A DNA stretch of 46,715 nt, from NCBI GenBank assembly GCA_030526775.1, contig JAUNCA010000001.1, positions 13,384 through 60,098 of the forward strand, given 5' to 3'. Below are positions 8,213-16,782 of this stretch, in pieces; the first letter of the stretch is position 1; each line of letters starts with the position of its first letter. The stretch comes from Coriobacteriia bacterium. Lineage in GTDB: Bacteria; Actinomycetota; Coriobacteriia; Coriobacteriales; Eggerthellaceae. Under the pieces are notes generated by a model. That model did not search any database. It worked only from the letters and a program-made list of their open reading frames with translations, and was not told the origin of the DNA. Both the position numbers and the translations under genes were made by a program.

Positions 8213-9082
8213 ATGCCCATGAACATTTGCGCGTCTGCCGACCATCGACTCCTAACGGAAAGCGCCCTTGCGCAATTGCGTCACGACGAGGGCTTGGCTT
8301 CGCTTGTGCGCGCGATGCGCGCAGAAGATCGCTCCGTGGCCGAGCAGGTGCAACGCCTCGGGGTTTCAAGTGTGCACATTGCTTGCCAGCGCAGCATGAA
8401 CGCACTGTTAGAGAGCGCGTGCGCGGAATCCCCGGCAACAACGTTGGACCCCGTGGAGTTTGCGCAGGCCATCTACAAGTTACCCCGCACGCCGCGCACC
8501 GCACCCATCCGTAGAATAGTTCGCGAGATTGCGCGCGTCTATGCGCGGGCGAGCACAAAGGGTCTGCCTATCCCGAAGCGCCCCGACGACTTTCATGCCT
8601 TGTGGGAATGCGCCATGGAGGGTGAGCCGCGATGGAGCGAAAAAGACTTTACGCCCAAGTTCCGCGCTTCCGCGGCACGGATATTAAAAGGGCAGTCGTT
8701 AGAAACCGTGTTGCAGGTGTGCGTGGATCCCGCCGATTACGAAACGGAGCTTGCGCGCCTGCTGGCGTTTCTCCAGGATGAAAGCCTCGAACTGGAAGTA
8801 CGTGCCGCTTGTGGATACGCGCTATTCGAATGGATTCACCCCTTCGTGGATGGGAATGGCCACGTGGGGAGGATGCTCGCGCTCTCGCTTCTGCAGGACT
8901 CCTATTCGCTTCCCACGATGGTGTGCTTCTCTTCGGCACTTGTGTGGGGAAAGCTGGGAACCTCCTGTCTATTCGCCCCGCTGCGCAGCGGCGACGGGAC
9001 GCTTGTCGATTTCTGCCGCGGTACGCTCGAGCAGCTGCATACCGAGCAGGCGTTGGCAATGGAAATCGTTGCGGAGGCCTAA
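8213..9082 (+). CDS. Fic/DOC-family protein with a variant active-site motif
   Basis: HPFVDGNGHVGR at about aa 210, versus the canonical HxFx(D/E)GNGRxxR (first Arg replaced by His). 289 aa. Confidence 0.75.
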   Translation: MPMNICASADHRLLTESALAQLRHDEGLASLVRAMRAEDRSVAEQVQRLGVSSVHIACQRSMNALLESACAESPATTLDPVEFAQAIYKLPRTPRTAPIRRIVREIARVYARASTKGLPIPKRPDDFHALWECAMEGEPRWSEKDFTPKFRASAARILKGQSLETVLQVCVDPADYETELARLLAFLQDESLELEVRAACGYALFEWIHPFVDGNGHVGRMLALSLLQDSYSLPTMVCFSSALVWGKLGTSCLFAPLRSGDGTLVDFCRGTLEQLHTEQALAMEIVAEA

Positions 9083-9135
9083 TGCGGGAGAGCGTTTCCG
9101 CCCTGCGCAGGCAACAGATTTGACCTCTGAAGCGG

Positions 9136-9174
9136 AAAAGCGGCCTGAGAGCGTGTTCACCTCCGGCCGCTTTT
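9136..9174. terminator. bidirectional intrinsic terminator between convergent genes
   Basis: AAAAGCGGCCtGAG - loop - CTCcGGCCGCTTTT. An A-run precedes and a T-run follows. It lies between the Fic stop (9082) and the small minus-strand ORF stop (9205). Confidence 0.65.
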
Positions 9175-9204
9175 GTGTCCCTGTGCTATGAGGGCTCGAA
9201 ACTC

Positions 9205-9327
9205 TTACTTATGGCGTCCCCACTCCGCATTCAGGAAGGCGCGAATGCCTGCGATGCCAGCGCAGACAAGGCCCAGGGCGATGAGCACCGACGAGTCGAT
9301 GACGAGGACGGGTTCTTTCTTTGCCAT
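9205..9327 (-). CDS. 40-aa single-pass membrane peptide (not in the ORF track)
   Basis: MAKKEPVLVIDSSVLIALGLVCAGIAGIRAFLNAEWGRHK. GAAGGAGATCACC precedes the ATG. It starts 27 nt downstream of the SRPBCC stop, on the same strand. Confidence 0.55.
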   Translation of the reverse strand: MAKKEPVLVIDSSVLIALGLVCAGIAGIRAFLNAEWGRHK

Positions 9328-9354
9328 GGTGATCTCCTTCTTGGTGATGTTGGA

Positions 9355-10068
9355 TTAGACGTCGATGAACTTCTTGCCCTCGGCAACGGCCTTGATGACG
9401 TCGGCCATGCGTGTGGACATAACACCGGAGGACCAGCCCCAGATTATGCCGACGACGATTGCCATCTGGATCTGGTTTTCGACTTCCACGTACACGGTGT
9501 TGCGCTGCACCATGCGGGTGCGCTTGCCGTCATCGAGCGGCTCCAGGAAGAAGCCCCAGGTCCAGCCGTATTCCTTGCAGCCATGAGGAAGCCAGGCGAC
9601 GGCGCCCTGCTGGGTGGGCGGGTTGCCCGTGTCGGAGCAGCCGACGATGTACTTGCCGGGCTCATGCAGCTTGACCTCGTGGCCTACGCCCTGGTCGCCG
9701 TAGAACACCCAGTCGCCAACCTTCGTGTCCTGCCAGCGTTCCTGTGCCGGATAAGTGTTGTAGATGCGGAAGGAGGCCAGGTGCTCGAAGTTCCAGAAGC
9801 TGTAGAAGCCGGCCTTGTTCTGGCCAATCTGGTTGATGAGCGGCCACACCTTCTCGGGCGGCGCGTCGATCTCGGTGACCATCTGCGAGACCATCACCTG
9901 GTCATCTGGATAGGGCAGCAAATCGTCGCCCGGATACGCGCCCCTCGGGGGCGTGTCCTCGGGAGCCACCTTGTACTTCTTGCTGAATTGGTTCAGCCCG
10001 AGAAGCACGGCCGCCGGAGCGGCGATGCCTACAGCCGCGAGCTGCAGTCCGGAAAACTTGAATTTCAC
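9355..10068 (-). CDS. SRPBCC (START/polyketide-cyclase-like) family protein with an N-terminal membrane anchor
   Basis: GTG start after GAAGGAG. N-terminal hydrophobic segment LQLAAVGIAAPAAVLLGL. Paralogous to 15469-16506 (shared xYPGD(D/E)L..., W.(F/Y)FL(E/I)PL...(R/T)R motifs). Confidence 0.65.
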   Translation of the reverse strand: MKFKFSGLQLAAVGIAAPAAVLLGLNQFSKKYKVAPEDTPPRGAYPGDDLLPYPDDQVMVSQMVTEIDAPPEKVWPLINQIGQNKAGFYSFWNFEHLASFRIYNTYPAQERWQDTKVGDWVFYGDQGVGHEVKLHEPGKYIVGCSDTGNPPTQQGAVAWLPHGCKEYGWTWGFFLEPLDDGKRTRMVQRNTVYVEVENQIQMAIVVGIIWGWSSGVMSTRMADVIKAVAEGKKFIDV

Positions 10069-10421
10069 GATGCACTCCTTCTCTCTAGCCAAAACGATAT
10101 ATCAACAGTGCATGTATAGTATAGGATGCTGAAACGCATATAATCCGAGGTCAGGCTATGTATGGAGAGCGCCAATAGATAGGACCTGGATTAATAGAGC
10201 GTCTGCCTTCTTTTCTGCGCAGGCGCGTACAGTAGGCGCTGGCGAAAGCCGATGGATAAGGTGGATGCGCTTTATGGGCAACACCTTCATTGTCGGCAGG
10301 TTCCCGAACCGCATCTGGGCAGACCGTCGGTAGCTGCGAGCCGTGCAGGCTGGCGGTTGGTTTCTGCTATCATCACACGGCGATTACGAACGCGTGAAAC
10401 AAGCGATTGGGGTAACGGAAT

Positions 10422-12143
10422 ATGTCGTGGTGGCAACACGAAAAAGCGAGGCAGTACCTACGATCCGCGATGGTCGAACACGGCAAGCAGGCAGCTGAGC
10501 ATCTTGAAAAGGGCGTGCAGGCGGCAGCTGCGCAACGCGAACAGGGCTTGAAACAGGCGGCTTTGTATCGCGAGCGCGGCATAAAGCAAGCGGCCCTGTA
10601 TGGCGAACAGGGCAGGCAAGCTGCGGCTGCTCATCTTGAGCGAGGTGTGAAGCAGGCGGTAGCCGTAAACCGCGCGCTAAGGCTGAAGAAGCTCACGTTG
10701 CTCCACTCCAACGACATGCACGGCGACTTCCTTGCCGACGAGGTTGACGACAAGCTGGTCGGCGGCGTTTCGATGCTGTCCGGGTACATTGAGAAAACCC
10801 GCCGCGAAGAGAAAAACGTCGTGTACGCGGTTGCGGGCGACATGTTCCGCGGTTCGCTTATCGATTCGGAGTCCCACGGCTTGTCCACGATTCAGATTAT
10901 GAACATGCTGACGCCCGATGTGGCCACCATAGGCAACCACGAGGTGGATTACGGCGTAGCCCACATGCTGTTCCTCGAGAAATGCGCGGATTTCCCCATC
11001 GTCAGTGCAAACCTTCGCATCAAGACGAACAATGCGCGCCTGTTCGATCCGTTCCACATCGTCGAGGTTGGCGGCATGAAGATCCTCTTCATCGGCGTTG
11101 TCACCGAGGCCGTGATATCGCGCTGCAAGGACGATGGCATCGCTGGTTCGCTTGTGGTGGCAGAGGATGCCCTAAAGGAAATCGGGCGCATCTGCGACAC
11201 GTATAACGGGCTCGACATCGACCTGACGGTGCTGCTTACGCACATCGGCTTCGAGGAGGACAAGAAGCTTGCGGCGCAACTCGACCCGACGTGGGGCATC
11301 GACCTCATCATCGGCGGGCATTCGCACACGCTGCTCGACGAGCCCTGCGTGGTGAACGGTATTCCCATCGTGCAGGTAGGCGTTGGCACCGATTACGTCG
11401 GCCGCTTCGACATCATGGTGGACACGCTGTTCAACCGCATCGATTCCTTCACCTGGCAGACCGTGCCCATCGATAGCGAGCATTGCCCCGAGGACGAGGC
11501 GCTGAAGGAGTTCATCTTCAAATGCAAGAAGAGCACCGACGCAAAATACAACCAGGTTGTCACGCGTCTTGCTCGGCGACTGATGCATCCCGTACGCTGC
11601 CAAGAGACCGAGCTGGGGGACCTGTTCGCCGATATGCTGCGTGACGCGCTCGGTGTCGACTTGTTCCTGCTGGCGTCGGGCAGCATCCGCGGGCAGGAGC
11701 TGGGGCCGATTGTCACCAAGGGCGACCTTGCCGTATGCTTCCCGTACGACGGGACGGCACATGCCGTGTATATGACCGGCGCGCAGTTGAAGCACGCGCT
11801 GCTGCATGCGATGCGCGACGAGACGTTCGCGGGTGGCCATGCCGAGTTCTTCCAAGTGTCGAGTGGGCTTGAGCTGGAATACGACCAGTCTTCGCACTCG
11901 TTTACGCGCTTTGACTTCGATGGCGAACCTGTCGAGGACGACCAGGAGTTCACGGTGGGTATACAGCAGTACAGCCTCACCAACACCGAGTACATGTTCG
12001 ATATGGCGATTGATGAGCTGCGGGCCAACCGCCATGAACGCACGCTGGCTTCATCATGCGCGGGCATCCTCGAGGAAGTCCTGAACACCGGCGAATATCG
12101 CGATGTCGAAGGAATAGGCCGCCTGACCTTGAACTTGTGCTGA
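10422..12143 (+). CDS. 5'-nucleotidase / bifunctional metallophosphatase (UshA-like) with an N-terminal 11-mer repeat region
   Basis: LHSNDMHGD, GDMFRGS and GNHEVDYG metallophosphoesterase motifs plus a C-terminal 5'-nucleotidase-like domain. No signal peptide is evident. Confidence 0.85.
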   Translation: MSWWQHEKARQYLRSAMVEHGKQAAEHLEKGVQAAAAQREQGLKQAALYRERGIKQAALYGEQGRQAAAAHLERGVKQAVAVNRALRLKKLTLLHSNDMHGDFLADEVDDKLVGGVSMLSGYIEKTRREEKNVVYAVAGDMFRGSLIDSESHGLSTIQIMNMLTPDVATIGNHEVDYGVAHMLFLEKCADFPIVSANLRIKTNNARLFDPFHIVEVGGMKILFIGVVTEAVISRCKDDGIAGSLVVAEDALKEIGRICDTYNGLDIDLTVLLTHIGFEEDKKLAAQLDPTWGIDLIIGGHSHTLLDEPCVVNGIPIVQVGVGTDYVGRFDIMVDTLFNRIDSFTWQTVPIDSEHCPEDEALKEFIFKCKKSTDAKYNQVVTRLARRLMHPVRCQETELGDLFADMLRDALGVDLFLLASGSIRGQELGPIVTKGDLAVCFPYDGTAHAVYMTGAQLKHALLHAMRDETFAGGHAEFFQVSSGLELEYDQSSHSFTRFDFDGEPVEDDQEFTVGIQQYSLTNTEYMFDMAIDELRANRHERTLASSCAGILEEVLNTGEYRDVEGIGRLTLNLC

Positions 12144-12197
12144 GGCTGTTTGGGGCTTCAAGCTAAGTTTTGCCTGGCCAGAGGCTCCATCCTTCGG

Positions 12198-12455
12198 CTA
12201 TTCCCCCTGGCGCGGGTTGCGCAGAATAGCGGCGGCCAGGTCGTCGAGCGTTTGGACCTGCCACCACTCCTCGTCGGGAACGTGCGCTTCGAATTCGGCT
12301 TCGAGCCTGGTGAGCACCTGGATGAACCCGAGCGAATCGACGCCGCCCTCGACGATCATCGTCTCGTCGTCCTTCAGGTTCGGGTCGTAATCTTCAGGCA
12401 GGTCCTGCGCCATAATCTCGCGTGCGCGGGCCTTTACTTCTTCAGCAGTTGCCAT
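12198..12455 (-). CDS. acyl/peptidyl carrier protein
   Basis: 85 aa with the GGVDSLGFIQV phosphopantetheine-attachment motif. GGAGGAG precedes the ATG. TAATG overlap with the upstream ligase gene. Confidence 0.85.
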   Translation of the reverse strand: MATAEEVKARAREIMAQDLPEDYDPNLKDDETMIVEGGVDSLGFIQVLTRLEAEFEAHVPDEEWWQVQTLDDLAAAILRNPRQGE

Positions 12456-13825
12456 TATCCCAGCTCCTCCTGTATTTTCCATCGTTCGACATCGCCGGCG
12501 GCCGTGCGCGGCAGCGCGTGGCCGAGGCGTGAAATTCGCAGAATGCGCGACCCGGGCGGATACCCTGCCATCGCCGGCTCGAGCGCGTCGAGCAACTCGC
12601 GGTCGGTGCGTTCATGGGCAAGCAATCCGCATACGAGCACGAGGGTGCCTTCATGCAGCACCGCGGCAATGTCGCCTTCGCCGAGTGCGCCGGCCAACGC
12701 CGCTTCGTATTCGGGCAAGAACACCTTTGTCCCATTGCGAAGGACGATGACGTCCTTCAGGCGGCCGACCACGTGCAGTCGGCCTTCGTTGTCGAGAAAT
12801 CCCTGGTCGCCCGTGTGAAGCACGCCATCGCGAACCGCAGCAGCAGTCTTATCGGGGTCGCGGTAGTAGCCCTGCATCAGGCACGTAGGGGCATCGACGA
12901 GGATCTCCCCGTCTTCGCCAATCATCACGGTGTCCTCGGGGCAAATCGTCATTGCGTGGAAGTCGTCGCCGGTGCTCAGCGCAACCCCCGAGCTCGTTTC
13001 CGTGAGGCCATACCCAAGGCTTACGCGAATGCCGTGCGTACGCACCGCATCGAGCAACGCGTCGGTGCAGTCGGCGGCACCTACCAGCACGAGCTTCAGG
13101 TTGTTGCCGAACGCCCGGCGTGCGGCCAAAAGTTGCAGCAGCTTCGGCACGACCGAGACCGTCGTGGGGTTGAACAGCGCGAAGTCGTCGGTGATGTGCC
13201 GCAGCCCGCGGCCGAGCGCCACGGTGGCGCCGCACGAGAGCCCCCAGAGCAGCCCGCACACGAATCCGAACACGTGCGAGAGCGGAAGCACGCACAGCAG
13301 CGTGTCGTCGGGGGTCAGCGGCATCAGCGACGAGCCGTTGAAGGCGCTCGACATCAGGCTTTCATCGGTGAGCACGACCGGCTTCGACTGCGAGGTCGTT
13401 CCGCTCGTGAAGAACAGCACGGCATGTGCGCCAAAGGCGGGCGCTGCGTTCGGAGCGAGTTGTTCTTCGAGCGCGCTTGCCCGCGCGGTGTCCGACGCCC
13501 ACACGCAATCGGCATCAACTGCCTGCAAGAGCGGTAACGCCACCTGGTTGGGAAGCATCGGGTCGAGCAGTGCCACCTGAAGGCCCGCCCGCACCGCGGC
13601 GAAGATCTCGACGACGCACGCGGGGGTTCCATCAGCCAAAATGGCCTCGCATAGGCTTCCCCGGGTTGCAAGTTCGGCAGCCCGCGCGTGCACGCGCGCC
13701 GCCAATTCGCCCCAAGTTATGGTCTGTGGCGCACCCGTTGCATCGCAGGCCAGAAGCGCCGACCGCTCCGGCGCATCGGCGGCCATGCGATCCACCAGGT
13801 CCGCAAAGTCCTTGTAGCGATTCAT
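12455..13825 (-). CDS. AMP-dependent synthetase/ligase (fatty-acyl-AMP/CoA ligase-like)
   Basis: FFTSGTTSQSKPV (A3 core), GYGLTETSS (A5), and TGDQG...GRLKD motifs. 456 aa. Confidence 0.85.
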   Translation of the reverse strand: MNRYKDFADLVDRMAADAPERSALLACDATGAPQTITWGELAARVHARAAELATRGSLCEAILADGTPACVVEIFAAVRAGLQVALLDPMLPNQVALPLLQAVDADCVWASDTARASALEEQLAPNAAPAFGAHAVLFFTSGTTSQSKPVVLTDESLMSSAFNGSSLMPLTPDDTLLCVLPLSHVFGFVCGLLWGLSCGATVALGRGLRHITDDFALFNPTTVSVVPKLLQLLAARRAFGNNLKLVLVGAADCTDALLDAVRTHGIRVSLGYGLTETSSGVALSTGDDFHAMTICPEDTVMIGEDGEILVDAPTCLMQGYYRDPDKTAAAVRDGVLHTGDQGFLDNEGRLHVVGRLKDVIVLRNGTKVFLPEYEAALAGALGEGDIAAVLHEGTLVLVCGLLAHERTDRELLDALEPAMAGYPPGSRILRISRLGHALPRTAAGDVERWKIQEELG

Positions 13826-13840
13826 GGGACGTCCCCTTCG

Positions 13841-13985
13841 ATGAGTCAGAGAACGTATCTTCGACTCATTTTCGCGTGAGCGTTTCTTGTTCGGTTGCGT
13901 TTCCCGAAAATGAGTCGAAGATGCGTTCTCCGACTCATCGGTTGCGTTTCCTGAAAATGAGTCGGAGACGCGTTCTCTGACTCAT
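13841..13985. repeat. three tandem ATGAGTC...GACTCAT palindromes (two of them inside 47-bp direct repeats)
   Basis: Units at 13841-13869, 13910-13938 and 13957-13985. The 47-bp unit CGGTTGCGTTTCC(C/T)GAAAATGAGTCG(A/G)AGA(T/C)GCGTTCTC(C/T)GACTCAT occurs twice in tandem (13892-13938, 13939-13985). Confidence 0.85.
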
Positions 13986-14037
13986 TGCTCAGCGGGCTGA
14001 AAACGGGCCGGGGTATTTCCCCGGCCCGCACAATTCC

Positions 14038-15399
14038 TTACTTGAAGAAGCGCAGCACCAGTTCGCGGCTGTACTCGACGGTTTCGTCCATGTCGCCGAA
14101 GCTCATGATCTCGCCGGCATAGAACGTGTCGTACTTGCCCTGCATCGCCTCGACGTCGTCGTACCAACCGGCGGCGTAGTCTTCGGAGAAGACGTGCGGG
14201 AAGTAGTACCAATCGCGCTCCTGGATGACCTCCTTGGCCGGGTTGCCCATGGTCTCGAGGTCTTTCAGTACGGTCTGCTTGACGTCCTCGTACGGAAGCT
14301 CCTTCAGGTCGCGGTGCTTGCGCAGCGCGTAGGTGACGTACATCTGGTCGGGGCCGATGTCGGACCAGCGATGGTAGTACACCATCAGGTGGCCGAGGCG
14401 GCCGGGCACCATGTTCTCCATGATGTAGTAGGAGATGTCGGGCGCCTTGTCGGGCTCGGTGAGGAAACCGAGGACGTCATAGCGCTCGAAGTCGATCTTG
14501 TCGAAGTGGCTCTTCTCGTCTTCGCGGATGTCGGCATACTCGCCGAAGTACTGCAGCGGCGCGGTGACGATGAGCTTGTCGAACTCCTCGACCTCGCCGT
14601 TCACCGTGATGAAGACCTTGCCGTCCTTGCGCTCGATCTTCGTGATGTCGGAGTTCAGGCGTGCCGGGTGCTTGATCTTGTCGTTCAGGTGCTCCCAGAT
14701 GGACTGCGTGCCGTCCTTCCAGGTCCACAGATTCACCTTCACGAAGTTCATCGTGGTCTGGAAGTCCAGGTACTTCAGCACGTAGGCGGCCGGAATCTCA
14801 TCGAAATAGCCATAGCCGAACGAGGTGAAGGGGCCAATCCAGATGTCCTGCACGAGTTCGACGCCGTTCTTCTCGCAGAATTCCTTGAACGGAAGCGCGA
14901 GGTCCTTCAGGTTCTCGTTTTCGCCCGAGATGTACTCGCGCTCGGGGGATACTGCGTAGCCATTGTAGCGGCCCTGCGCCACGCCGCGGTGACCGTTGAT
15001 GTCGTAGCCCTTGTACTTGGTCTGCAGCAGCTCGCCGAACTTCTTCACCTGGCGCTTCATCTGTAGCAGGCGCGGTGCCTTCAGCGGGTGCTTCTTCGGG
15101 TTAAACGGGTCGATGACATTGCCGTTGAGGTCCTTGTAGTTGCGGTTCAGGCGCGGGCCATCGTGCGTGATGCCGCAGAAGTCCTCGACGTCCTTGATGG
15201 CGTAGTACGAGGGCACGCCCATGATGGCGCCCAGCTCGTAGCGGCGGCCGTTGTACTCGGGGGAATGGCACTTGCCGCCCACCCAGCCGTTGCGCTCGAA
15301 GATGGTGTAGTTCTCGTATCCAGCCTGCTCAAGGTACATGCCGGCGGAAAGACCGGCCGGGCCACCGCCGATAATCGCGATGCGTACGTCTTTGTCCAT
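14038..15399 (-). CDS. FAD-dependent oxidoreductase resembling polyenoic (linoleate) fatty-acid isomerase
   Basis: Rossmann IAIIGGGPAGLSAGMYLEQAGY. GGKCHSP, AAYVLKYLDF, WYYFPHV and FYAGEIMSFG match my recollection of the Cutibacterium acnes isomerase. This needs a real alignment. Confidence 0.65.
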   Translation of the reverse strand: MDKDVRIAIIGGGPAGLSAGMYLEQAGYENYTIFERNGWVGGKCHSPEYNGRRYELGAIMGVPSYYAIKDVEDFCGITHDGPRLNRNYKDLNGNVIDPFNPKKHPLKAPRLLQMKRQVKKFGELLQTKYKGYDINGHRGVAQGRYNGYAVSPEREYISGENENLKDLALPFKEFCEKNGVELVQDIWIGPFTSFGYGYFDEIPAAYVLKYLDFQTTMNFVKVNLWTWKDGTQSIWEHLNDKIKHPARLNSDITKIERKDGKVFITVNGEVEEFDKLIVTAPLQYFGEYADIREDEKSHFDKIDFERYDVLGFLTEPDKAPDISYYIMENMVPGRLGHLMVYYHRWSDIGPDQMYVTYALRKHRDLKELPYEDVKQTVLKDLETMGNPAKEVIQERDWYYFPHVFSEDYAAGWYDDVEAMQGKYDTFYAGEIMSFGDMDETVEYSRELVLRFFK

Positions 15400-15468
15400 A
15401 TGAGTTCCTTCCTATTGGCTGGCGAACAAGCGGGGTGACGCCCCCTTGTTCGCCCGGTGATTCTCGTG

Positions 15469-16506
15469 TTACTGCAGCGCGGCCAGTTCGGCCTCGAGTG
15501 CGGCGATCTTGGCTTCGGCAGCAGCCTGCTGCTTGGCGGCCTTCTCGCGGATTTCCTCGATGGCGCGCGGGATGCGCTCGCGATAGTAGTCGGTGTCCAC
15601 ATCCCACGGACCGTCCACGGGCGGCCAGGCGGGGTCGGCCATCTTCGCCGGGCGCACTTCCTCGACCGCGGGAGCGTAACGGCCGTCGCGGACATGCGGC
15701 GCGTCGGTTACGGCCTGCACCTCGGGATCCGCATAGTAGTACGGGCCGAAGATCTTGCGATACAGGTTGGTGTGCTTGTGCACGGGCATCGTGCCCTCGG
15801 AGCACTTCTTCATGTATTCCATCTGCAGGCGCTGCATGCAGGTGCCGCAGTACAGGATGGCGCGCTTCAGGCAGAAGCGGGTAATCGGGTCCTTGGTGCC
15901 GTAGTACTTCCAGTGGCACAGGAAGCGGGTCCGGTTGCCCTTCAGCGGGATGAAGTACCAGCCCCAGACGAAGTTCATGTCGTCGACCAGGCCGCCGGCG
16001 ATGGCGTACGCGCCGCGCGCGCGGGGCGGATGCTGGATGTCGGAGAAGGCGAGGATGTACTTGTCCGCCACGACGTCGGCTGCTTCGCAGCCCATGCCCG
16101 AGCGGTCCCAATCCATGAAGTCGCCCGGCATGAAGGAGTCGGGCATCTGCCACTCTTCGCAAATCTCGTAGCGGTTGAAGATGGACATGCGGCCGAACAC
16201 GCGCTCGAGCCACTCGGAGCTCAGGGAGCCGGACTTCGTGCCGCCCCACTGATACATCCACGGGTACACTTCCTCAACCGGTGCGTTGATGGTGATGCCG
16301 AAGGTCGTGGTTTCAACCAGATTGGGGTCGAAGCGCTCCATTAGCTCGTCGCCTGGATACGTGAGCGCTTGCTCGGCGGGCGTGGCGTGGAGCTCCGTGC
16401 CCCAGTCGTACACGATGCGGCAGCCGGCCAGCACGCCGGCGGCTCCCACTCCGAGGGCTCCCCCTACCTTGAGTGCTCCGGACAGCAGAGATTTTTTAGC
16501 AGACAT
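15469..16506 (-). CDS. SRPBCC-family lipoprotein with a C-terminal coiled coil
   Basis: Signal plus lipobox (GVGAAGVLAGC). Paralogue of 9355-10068. C-terminal REKAAKQQAAAEAKIAALEAELAALQ. GGAAGGAAGAG precedes the ATG. Confidence 0.65.
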   Translation of the reverse strand: MSAKKSLLSGALKVGGALGVGAAGVLAGCRIVYDWGTELHATPAEQALTYPGDELMERFDPNLVETTTFGITINAPVEEVYPWMYQWGGTKSGSLSSEWLERVFGRMSIFNRYEICEEWQMPDSFMPGDFMDWDRSGMGCEAADVVADKYILAFSDIQHPPRARGAYAIAGGLVDDMNFVWGWYFIPLKGNRTRFLCHWKYYGTKDPITRFCLKRAILYCGTCMQRLQMEYMKKCSEGTMPVHKHTNLYRKIFGPYYYADPEVQAVTDAPHVRDGRYAPAVEEVRPAKMADPAWPPVDGPWDVDTDYYRERIPRAIEEIREKAAKQQAAAEAKIAALEAELAALQ

Positions 16507-16650
16507 AGCTTACTCTTCCTTCCCGATTGTTGACTTGCCATATCCACACTTTGTTCACAAACAGGGTACTACCATTTCGCCAGGTTTTCACCCCACTTCC
16601 CCTGCAAGATTGGTGCGGATTCCCGCCCAGAAATGAAGGCGTTTCGAGCC

Positions 16651-16683
16651 ATGAGTCAATTACCCCAGGGGTAATTGACTCAT
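16651..16683. repeat. perfect 33-bp palindrome ATGAGTCAATTACCCC-A-GGGGTAATTGACTCAT
   Basis: 16-bp arms with a single central base, in the divergent intergenic region 16507-16865. Confidence 0.9.
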
Positions 16684-16782
16684 TACGGTTGGGGAAACAT
16701 GGCAAGGTAGAGCGGTAGCGTGACTCTCTTTCCGAAACGGCCGACGTTGCCGTCGATAAGCTTGTAGCTTACGCGTACGTCA

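Noticed and set aside
13841-13985. Possible CRISPR array (also considered for the 22760-23012 repeat cluster).
   Set aside because: There are only 2-3 units. The units are themselves palindromic hairpins with almost no spacer (13841 region), or they include inverted copies (22760 region). There are no cas genes, and the repeat lengths and spacings do not fit CRISPR.
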